DNA from: Patescibacteria group bacterium
Lineage (GTDB): Bacteria; Patescibacteriota; Microgenomatia; UBA1400; PJMF01
Assembly: GCA_045541795.1 (NCBI GenBank)
Contig: JAZQJV010000010.1
Coordinates: forward strand, 72,333-136,332
Length of the DNA stretch: 64,000 nucleotides
Direction: 5' to 3'
Under the pieces are notes generated by a model. The model saw nothing but the letters and a program-made list of their open reading frames with translations, did not search any database and had not been told where the DNA came from. Below are positions 56,919 through 64,000 of this stretch, piece by piece (within the stretch, counting starts at the first letter, position 1; each line of letters starts with the position of its first letter). Both the position numbers and the translations under genes were made by a program.

Positions 56919-57749
56919 AGTGCCATTGTACCACCAAAATCACGTTAAAATTGACGATTATTTGCGGCCGTGATTAATTTTAGACTAAACAACTATCATT
57001 TATAAAGTTCTAAGCCGTTTTTGGGGCATTTAAATCAATTCTGCCTGGAAACAAGATTAAAAGCCTAATATCACAGCTATCATTACGATGATTCTCACGC
57101 ACAGTTCAAATCATTCCACACTACAGCCACTGCCAACGTCACTACTGTCCGTCACCGCAAAAGTCACCCCTCTCTCCTCTCCAGGCTAAAAGGGGACGGC
57201 AGGGGAGACAATTGGAGCCGTCACGCCTGGTAAGCCAAGACCGATACCCAGAACTGATCACATTTGTAAGACCTTATAACGATATAAGCTAATTTTGGCC
57301 TCTCTCGACTGGGGAATAAGGGCCACCGTCCAGGCAAACTCGAAAAAAAAGATATTTACAAATTAAAAATTTACGTCGTCAAAAATCCCACAAATCCGTG
57401 ATTTCCAGGCAAAGTGTCGTAAAAGTTATATTGTGCGACACTCTCAAAACCCTACTCTTGAACATATTTTGCTTAAAAACGCTATTGCTGTCAGGAGAGG
57501 AGACAAGCAGACGTCCCTCTCTGAATGACAATTAAATTAGCGATCACGACGACACTATTTTGCAACTATAAAAACTAATGCAGACGGCTCTAAAAAGCTC
57601 AGGCCGCTATAACACGCCGTCACCAGGCGTAAATCAAGAGAAATCAGCCCAGTCCCAATAAGTTAATCTACCCTTCTCGAAACAAGTACCGGATAACATT
57701 CCAGAGGTAAACCGAGACGATTTCGGGTTATTTTTGCATAATTATCGCA

Positions 57750-58020
57750 AATTACTATATCAAACTATATCAATTTTAGACCAAATAAGAGTTTTCCACG
57801 GGGTGGAAAACTATATCAAACTATATCATTTCTCCAAACAAGAGCCTGTCACCAGGCAGAAGGCCATCAAGAACCCATCGATTCACACATCAACTTCTGG
57901 CCGTAAATCCGTATATTCTTGTTCGGGTTTTAATCGCTAAATTACTATAATTTACTATATCAAACTATATCATTTTCCATAGTGTCACTATATCAAACTA
58001 TATCATTTTTGTCACATTAT
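57750..58020. repeat. Iteron array: 19-mer ACTATATCAAACTATATCA (itself a doubled CTATATCA 8-mer) in 4 copies, flanking the 21-bp palindrome GTTTTCCAC-ggg-GTGGAAAAC (57791-57811)
   Basis: Copies at 57754-57772, 57811-57828, 57964-57982 and 57997-58015. Lies inside a roughly 2-kb ORF-free AT-rich region (56919-58877). Confidence 0.7.
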
Positions 58021-58861
58021 AGGCATTCTTGCCTGGAGAGCAATAATTACCGCAAAATTATCGCAGTCCTCTACTCTGTCTCCCCTCACCTACCAAAATT
58101 CACTACACTTAGTCCAGATCAACACCAAAATTTATAATTATTTGACTATTACCGCACGGCAATTATGCAAAGATATTAACTTTTGACTCTAAATACAGCC
58201 GCCAAATATCAAGTCTCACAGTACCTTTTCCAGGCGTTACTCCCCTACTTCACCAGATATACGCTACCATCTACCCGCCTTCTAACAATTTATTTACGCA
58301 CTATTGCTGCGGGACTGACTCGATTATTGCATGATTCCTATATTAATAATTATTAGTAATTATGCAATAATTAAATTCCGCAGTTTCGCCAAAACTGATA
58401 ATAGTTTTACACCACAAGAGTAATTTCTATTAAGTCCTTACAAAACACTCATAAGTACTCAAAAGTGCTAAAATTATAAATTTTAAAATTTTACCGATAT
58501 ATAGCTATTTTTTCATCACTTAAAAATTTAGCAGCGATTCCGCATGAGTGATAAAATTGGCCATTTATATCTGGAAATGACCTAATAAGTGAAAAGTAAG
58601 TTAATCATTGCTATTTTTTAGCTTTTCAGCCTAATTTTCTAGTATCCTAAAAATTTTTATTATTAATTTTATCAAACATTAAAAAATTCAATTTTCGCAT
58701 AAATGTAAGAAAAAAAATACTATATTCACGCACTATTACCGCAGATCTCAAGAAATTACCTGCTTCTGAAATTGCGCATTAATTAATTACCGCTTTTTAG
58801 CCCGTATATCGCCATCTTGCCGCAATTGCGCAAATTACTCCCCATCATCTCTTCCAAACGG

Positions 58862-58870
58862 TGTTATAAT
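58862..58870 (+). promoter_or_regulatory. Extended -10 TGTTATAAT 7 nt upstream of the ATG at 58878 (leaderless-type)
   Basis: gtgTTATAATagccgatATG. Confidence 0.45.
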
Positions 58871-58877
58871 AGCCGAT

Positions 58878-59648
58878 ATGCGTGAACGTGAACGTTTTGT
58901 CATTAGTGCCGTCTTTTTAGGTTTAGTTTTTTGGCTCACCCAACTCGTGCCGATTTCTTGGCGTTATCTCGGCATTGCTGGCTTTACGCTGATCACCTAC
59001 TTCGTCAGCGCCTGGACTTTACATAAATATCTCAAGTTCCACCACTGGGTGCTCTATCTCCCCCTCCCCGCTCTTTACTCCCTATTCATCGGCTGTTTTT
59101 ACTTTCTGCTGCCTACCAATTTCTGGAGTATGATTACCGTTTTGGGCCTTTTTTCTTTAGGCATGTACGCCCTCTTCCTTTCGGGGAACATTTTTTGTGT
59201 CGCCGAGCATGACAAAAAAATCCCGCTCACCCGTGTCGCGCAAAATATTATCCTCTTTTTTGCTATCATTATTTCTCTACTCGGCTGTCAAGTGATTTAC
59301 TCATTTTCCTGGCCGCTTTATGTCACTTTCCCGCTCGTCTTTTTGCTTCACTTTCACCTGTGTCTCACTACTGCCTGGTCCGTTGAACTTCAACCCCGCA
59401 TCTCCTTAGAGCTTTTCCAGCTAAGTTTTTTTGCCGCACTCTTAGTGGGTGAATTTGCGCTCGCCCTCTCCTTCCTACCGCTTGAAGGCTGGCATATTGC
59501 TCTACTGATCATGTCTACTTTTTACCTGATTCTAGGTATTTTGCAGGTTTTTATCGGCGATAAACTATATCGGCGTACTTTGCGGGAATACAGTTTTTTA
59601 GTCATCCTGATCATCTTAATGTACATTGCCATCTTTCCTGGCAAGTAA
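58878..59648 (+). CDS. Hypothetical polytopic integral membrane protein (about 8 TM)
   Basis: 256 aa, strongly hydrophobic throughout. No recognizable motifs. Confidence 0.5.
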   Translation: MRERERFVISAVFLGLVFWLTQLVPISWRYLGIAGFTLITYFVSAWTLHKYLKFHHWVLYLPLPALYSLFIGCFYFLLPTNFWSMITVLGLFSLGMYALFLSGNIFCVAEHDKKIPLTRVAQNIILFFAIIISLLGCQVIYSFSWPLYVTFPLVFLLHFHLCLTTAWSVELQPRISLELFQLSFFAALLVGEFALALSFLPLEGWHIALLIMSTFYLILGILQVFIGDKLYRRTLREYSFLVILIILMYIAIFPGK

Positions 59649-59662
59649 TCGATTATTAACGC

Positions 59663-59692
59663 AAAAAATGCGGTAATAATTATTACCGCAAA
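59663..59692. terminator. Palindromic hairpin TGCGGTAAT-aatt-ATTACCGCA preceded by an A6/T6 tract; likely terminator for yebC (minus), possibly bidirectional
   Basis: 22-bp perfect palindrome at 59669-59690. The T6 tract on the minus strand is 59663-59668. Confidence 0.5.
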
Positions 59693-59717
59693 TTATGCAA
59701 TAATTTATTTCTCTCCC

Positions 59718-60257
59718 CTACTCTACAGCAGCAAATACGCCTTCCACGCCTTCTACCTCAGAGAGTTTTTGGATCAGTTCATCAAGCTGAGCATGCGTCG
59801 CCTCATCAATTTCCAGCGGCATCGTCACTTTGTATTCTTGAGTTTGCTTATCAAAACTAAACATATACCCAGCCGCCCCAGGGCCAGCCATACTACCACC
59901 GCCACGGACTAGTATTGCTTTTAATTCACTACTGGTGCGATTAGTGTTATCTGTGACCGCCATGATCATCATTCCGACCCCACCAGGACCAAAAGCCTCA
60001 TAAGTTATTTCTTGCATCGCACCGCCAGCAATTTTGCCGCAACCTATATCAATCGCTCTTTGGATCTTATCTTTCGGCATATTGGCCGCTTTAGCCTTTT
60101 CTACCCACAACCTTAAAGTGGGATTAGAATTGACATCGCCGCCGTTTTTGGCGGCAATCCTGATATTTTTTACGAGTCCTGTAAAAATCTGAGCGCGCTT
60201 GGCGTCTTCAGCTCCTTTTTTATTTTTGATATTATTCCATTTACTATGTCCAGACAT
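59718..60257 (-). CDS. yebC: YebC/PmpR family DNA-binding regulator (short, 179 aa)
   Basis: MSGHSKWNNIKNKKGAEDAKRAQIFTGL...NPTLRLWVEKAKAANMPKDKIQRAI. Confidence 0.8.
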   Translation of the reverse strand: MSGHSKWNNIKNKKGAEDAKRAQIFTGLVKNIRIAAKNGGDVNSNPTLRLWVEKAKAANMPKDKIQRAIDIGCGKIAGGAMQEITYEAFGPGGVGMMIMAVTDNTNRTSSELKAILVRGGGSMAGPGAAGYMFSFDKQTQEYKVTMPLEIDEATHAQLDELIQKLSEVEGVEGVFAAVE

Positions 60258-60352
60258 ATCTTCCGTTCTATTTTGTACTACTGCCCTATTATACCCCCAA
60301 ATTGCTCCAAATTGCTCTCAAAATGAGTTTAGTTTGTGGTATAATGCAGCAC

Positions 60353-61063
60353 ATGTCAACAATCAGTAATCTAGAAACTCAAGCAATTAATGCGGCTAAG
60401 AAAGCCGACTGGGATCAGGCAATTCTCGCCAACAGTAACATCCTCAAAGATCATCCAGCCGACATCGGCGCACTCAACCGCACTGGTTTTGCCTACATGC
60501 AGGCTGGCGATATTGATCGCGCTATCGAGTACTATAAACGTACTCTCGAAGTCGAAAAAGACAATCCCATCGCTTTGCGCCAACTTGAAAATATCCGCCA
60601 AAATCACGTTAAAACCCCGCAATTTGAGGCCGAAAACTTTGTCGAAGAGCCCAGTAAATCCAAGATCATCTCTCTCCTGCGCCTCGCCAATAAAGACGTC
60701 CTGGAAAATCTCTGTATTGGCCAAAAACTCACTTTACGCCCCAAAGGACGCTTTATTTCCGTAGAAGCTCAAGATAAAACTTATATCGGCTCTTTGCCAG
60801 AAGATATTTCCTTGCGTTTAAGCCATTTGATTGAGCGCGGCAATGAGTATTTATGCCAGCTCCACTCGGCCAGCAGCAAACACATCAGCGTCTTTATCCG
60901 CGAGACTTACCAGTCACCAGCAAATCGCAATTTGCACTCATTTATCAGTAATTTCCAGCCTGGTAGCGATGACAGCATCGGAGAAGATCTACTCCTTTTG
61001 GCTGACGAGTCCCCACTCAATCTCGAGACAGAAGATACCGACAGCGACGGTGGTAATGACTAA
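60353..61063 (+). CDS. TPR-repeat protein
   Basis: TPR-like helices (GFAYMQAGDIDRAIEYYKRTLEV). Start placed at the ATG 8 nt after TGGTATAAT (60336-60344), not at the ORF-track start 60302. Confidence 0.5.
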   Translation: MSTISNLETQAINAAKKADWDQAILANSNILKDHPADIGALNRTGFAYMQAGDIDRAIEYYKRTLEVEKDNPIALRQLENIRQNHVKTPQFEAENFVEEPSKSKIISLLRLANKDVLENLCIGQKLTLRPKGRFISVEAQDKTYIGSLPEDISLRLSHLIERGNEYLCQLHSASSKHISVFIRETYQSPANRNLHSFISNFQPGSDDSIGEDLLLLADESPLNLETEDTDSDGGND

Positions 61064-62172
61064 TTTGCCAATTCTTCACCCAGGTATAAAACCGCACCTG
61101 CACGCTGCGCCCGCGCTACACTACCGCCATCTGCCACTCCAATTACCCCTTTAGGCAAGTTGTCTTGCAACAGTTGTACCAATTTCACGCAGTCTTCTTG
61201 CGTTTCGTCGTAATAAATCGTTGATTGCTTGATCTTTTCACTGGCAGTCTCCAGTTTGATCACACTCACGCCGTCCAAAGCCAGCATATCGCTCACGCGC
61301 CTGGCCAGTCCATTAGCTGTAGCCGCATTATAGACGCGCAGCTGGCAGTGCACCAGCTGCCTGGTATTGGTAGTCAGCGCACCAGCGTGAAGTTTGGCCA
61401 CATCTTCTACCGGCGTAATAGTAAAATACTTACTCGAACGCAAAGCAAAATAATCAGCCAATAAATCACGGTTAAACTCACTTGTGCGCTGCCAGTCATC
61501 CAGGGTCAAATCTTTGAAAGCTGTCTGTAAATCTGCACGTGTTGTCAGCTCTCCCAAATTCGGCACAAAATAAAATTCATCTAATACTGTCCCAAGAGCA
61601 AAATTATAAGACGCTTTCACTTCTTGTAAATCCTCACTATAGCGATATACTAGAGGGCTTACAGAAGAAAGCGGATAACGTTTATACTGCCCTACCAAAT
61701 TCACCTCCAAACTCCCCGGCAAAAGGAAAACCGTTGCCCGACTGGCAACTGGATCCAGACGAACCAGATACAGTTTTTCGGCTCTTTCATTAATACTTGC
61801 TCCCACCAGCAAGATATTTTTTTCATCAGTTAGCGCAAACTGCCGGGGAAAGTAATTATTCATCAAGATCACATATATTCCCGCAACTAATACCACTAAA
61901 AAAAGTGTCGCCAGCAAGATCGTAACCAGCGTTGAAGCGCGATCTAGTAAAAAAGCCATCCGCCTGGCTTTTTGTTGTTTTTGTTGCACCTGTCGCGCCA
62001 AAAGCGCTGTTTTACTGACCACTTTTCTTGCAGATTTTGCGTTTTTTGGCCGTGGGGAAGCAGACGGTGCCGACTTGCGAGCAGCGGTTTTGACACCCTG
62101 ACGAGCCTGACGCCTAGCCGCCTGCTTTTTATTGGCTTGCTGATTCTTTTTTTCCGTATAACGATACATCAA
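61060..62172 (-). CDS. Membrane-anchored LCP-like (LytR-CpsA-Psr-related) protein with K/R-rich cytoplasmic N-terminus (tentative)
   Basis: TM segment LVTILLATLFLVVLVAGIYVILM. NILLVGASINE...LYLVRLDPVASRATVFLLPGSLEV resembles the LCP core strands. Confidence 0.4.
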   Translation of the reverse strand: MMYRYTEKKNQQANKKQAARRQARQGVKTAARKSAPSASPRPKNAKSARKVVSKTALLARQVQQKQQKARRMAFLLDRASTLVTILLATLFLVVLVAGIYVILMNNYFPRQFALTDEKNILLVGASINERAEKLYLVRLDPVASRATVFLLPGSLEVNLVGQYKRYPLSSVSPLVYRYSEDLQEVKASYNFALGTVLDEFYFVPNLGELTTRADLQTAFKDLTLDDWQRTSEFNRDLLADYFALRSSKYFTITPVEDVAKLHAGALTTNTRQLVHCQLRVYNAATANGLARRVSDMLALDGVSVIKLETASEKIKQSTIYYDETQEDCVKLVQLLQDNLPKGVIGVADGGSVARAQRAGAVLYLGEELAN

Positions 62173-63549
62173 TCACAGTATAGCAAATTTAGACAAAAAC
62201 TGCAATACCTCACCCAATAAATAAAACGATCCTGTCACCAAAAGCGGCTCTCCAGCACTATTCGCTTCAAAAAACGCCTGACGTATCGCCAAGTCAGTTT
62301 CACCGATACAAGCAACTTTTGCCCCTTGCTCCGCAAATGCCTGCGCCAAACCTGGTAAATCAGACTTCTTGAACTCACCAGGCTTAGTCAGTATTATTTC
62401 CGCAAGATTTGCGGTAATAATTTGTGCTAGTTGCTTCATCTCCTTATCAGCCGCACAGGCAAAAAGTACCCGCCCCCACTTACCGCTACTCTCCCCTCTC
62501 CCCTGCCCAACCGGCCCAAAAAGGCGTCGCCAGGTAGCTAATGTCAATTCCAGACTGCGCGGAGTATGGGCGCCGTCCAATACCAAAGCCGGTATACCAG
62601 GAAAATCAGGGATTTTATCTATAATCTGGAATCTTCCGGGCAGTCGTACCTGACTCAAACCCTGACTAATTATTGTCGCAGGAAATGCCGGGAAAATCGT
62701 CCGTACAGCTAAAGTCGCCAAGGCTGCATTTTCTGCCTGGATCTCTCCTAATAGCGGTAATTGTGCGGTAATAATTTCCCCAGTTTTTTTATCTTCTAGT
62801 TCTATATCCATACCAGTCTGCGTCAATTGCTTGACACCCACCTCCATCATCGTGGGCACATCTGCCAATCTACACTGGCGCTCGCGTGCTGTCTTCGCAA
62901 TCACAGCCTGCACGCTTACATCTTGCCGACTAGTCACCACTGGTACTTTTTCCTTGATGATGCCGCATTTTTCCCGCGCTATTGCCTGCAAATCAGGGCC
63001 TAAATATTGTGTATGCTCTCGTTCTATCGGCGTAATCACGCTGATCACTGGTTGGATAATGTTAGTCGCATCCAGGCGGCCACCCATACCTACCTCAAAA
63101 ACCACACGTCTCACGCCTGCATTGCGGAATGTCAGCATCCCCAGCAGTGTCACTAACTCAAACCAGCCCACTGCCATCCCGATCTGTTGACATAAACTTT
63201 GGATCTCACCACGTCGACTATATAATTCCTGCATTGCTTGCAAATATAGTTCATCAGTAAAAAATCCTGCTGATGTCCGGATCCGTTCTCGCCAATCGCT
63301 CACATGCGGCGACTGGTACACACCTACACTCTCCCCCGCTCCAGCAAGGATAGCAGCAATCATCGCGCTCACTGATCCCTTGCCCTTAGAACCGGCCACA
63401 TGCCAGCACTCATAACTTTTTTGGGGATTGTCAAAAAGCAAACACAACTCCTGCATCACTTGTAGGTGTGCCGCCCGCCGTACTGGCGTCGAAGGAAACA
63501 GCAAAAACGTATCTATCCACTGCCAGTAATCTTCCAAAGTCATGCTCAT
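62173..63549 (-). CDS. folC: Folylpolyglutamate synthase / dihydrofolate synthase (Mur ligase family)
   Basis: WHVAGSKGKGSVSAMIAAIL P-loop, plus YQSPHVSDWRERI. Confidence 0.8.
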   Translation of the reverse strand: MSMTLEDYWQWIDTFLLFPSTPVRRAAHLQVMQELCLLFDNPQKSYECWHVAGSKGKGSVSAMIAAILAGAGESVGVYQSPHVSDWRERIRTSAGFFTDELYLQAMQELYSRRGEIQSLCQQIGMAVGWFELVTLLGMLTFRNAGVRRVVFEVGMGGRLDATNIIQPVISVITPIEREHTQYLGPDLQAIAREKCGIIKEKVPVVTSRQDVSVQAVIAKTARERQCRLADVPTMMEVGVKQLTQTGMDIELEDKKTGEIITAQLPLLGEIQAENAALATLAVRTIFPAFPATIISQGLSQVRLPGRFQIIDKIPDFPGIPALVLDGAHTPRSLELTLATWRRLFGPVGQGRGESSGKWGRVLFACAADKEMKQLAQIITANLAEIILTKPGEFKKSDLPGLAQAFAEQGAKVACIGETDLAIRQAFFEANSAGEPLLVTGSFYLLGEVLQFLSKFAIL

Positions 63550-64000
63550 GGGCCGTATTATAGCGAGGATGGCGCAAAAGTCAACTCCAAATTTTATAGA
63601 CCTATAATATAATTATTAACATTGCAAATTCTGCGGTAATTTTTTGCTTCCTCTCATTTCTTAGAAATTAATATTTGTAATTATCAAGATAACTAACTCT
63701 ATAAGATAGATACTAAATGCATCAATAATTTTAATTATTATCAATTAATTGCGACTATTTTGCCGTCCAAACGAGCGTCACGAGGCCGTCATCATGCCGC
63801 ATTTTTCACACTTTTTTAAAGACATTTATAATATTTTTTAATGTCTAAATTTACGCACAAAAAGCTACTTTCCTCAAGCTAACCGATCAAAAATAATCAC
63901 TTTAGGTCATATATGCTCAAATTACACCTATATATCAAGTCTTTTTTCGACCCTCTTAATTTAGCAGTCTTAACACTACTCTGCTAACGATCATTTAATT

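Noticed and set aside
57734-57940. 68-aa ORF inside the ORF-free region
   Set aside because: It spans the iteron and palindrome sequences and has no coding signature. It is likely a chance ORF in AT-rich DNA.
57750-58020. Possible CRISPR array or tandem satellite (CTATATCA repeats)
   Set aside because: The 8-mer and 19-mer direct repeats have variable spacing and flank a palindrome. This architecture fits iterons or binding sites, not repeat-spacer units.
60302-60352. ORF-track start of the TPR gene at 60302
   Set aside because: The TGGTATAAT -10 element at 60336-60344 lies within it, so the ATG at 60353 is the plausible start.
1-64000. Alternative genetic code (for example UGA recoding, as in some CPR lineages) to explain the ORF-free region
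   Set aside because: All long genes, including the 1586-aa and 1892-aa CDSs, read through without in-frame TGA under the standard code, so recoding is not indicated. The ORF-free region remains ORF-free regardless.
1-64000. rRNA genes
   Set aside because: No 16S, 23S or 5S signature sequences were recognised anywhere in the window. The only RNA gene I can support is tRNA-Ala.

Overview
The window is a 64 kb gene-dense, AT-leaning chromosomal segment from a small-genome bacterium. Gene content and promoter style resemble a Patescibacteria (CPR) or Saccharibacteria-like organism; that placement is inference, not sequence-proven. The standard genetic code is in use, since long ORFs read through without internal stops. 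Layout, left to right: (i) 1-8825, six minus-strand glycosyltransferase genes: GT2, two PMT/ArnT-like GT-C membrane enzymes, a GT2::GT-C fusion, GT4 and GT2. (ii) 9079-15644 and 20226-28035, two paralogous but gene-order-permuted three-gene cassettes. Each encodes a small N-terminally anchored protein (A), a mid-size anchored protein (B) and a giant, extremely Cys-rich secreted protein (C, 1586 and 1892 aa). Cassette 1 is flanked by about 100-bp direct repeats and abuts a 3'-truncated AMP-ligase gene. Cassette 2 is fused transcriptionally to an LCP (LytR-CpsA-Psr) gene and lies next to a class A PBP. I consider this the most likely candidate for an undescribed cell-surface system, possibly O-glycosylated by the adjacent PMT-like enzymes. 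(iii) 30.5-49.3 kb, housekeeping genes mostly on the minus strand: GT2, serS, lysS, greA, a pilM/N/O-like operon, KH protein, rpsP, rnc, nusB, ldh, a UDP-glucuronate decarboxylase-like gene, a HerA/TraD-like ATPase, pheT and rnpA. (iv) An 830-bp repeat-rich rnpA/gyrB intergenic region at a strand switch, a candidate oriC, followed by gyrB-ppa-gyrA on the plus strand. (v) tRNA-Ala(GGC) next to a tyrosine recombinase, then a roughly 2-kb ORF-free AT-rich region with 8-mer iterons around a DnaA-box-like palindrome. (vi) yebC, a TPR protein, a second LCP-like gene and folC. No rRNA genes and no CRISPR arrays were seen. Several short motif families recur across the window: TCCTATAATAT palindromes, TGCGGTAAT and GAGTAGGGGAG. 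Many genes have an extended -10 element (TGGTATAAT) a few nt upstream of the start codon, which suggests leaderless mRNAs.
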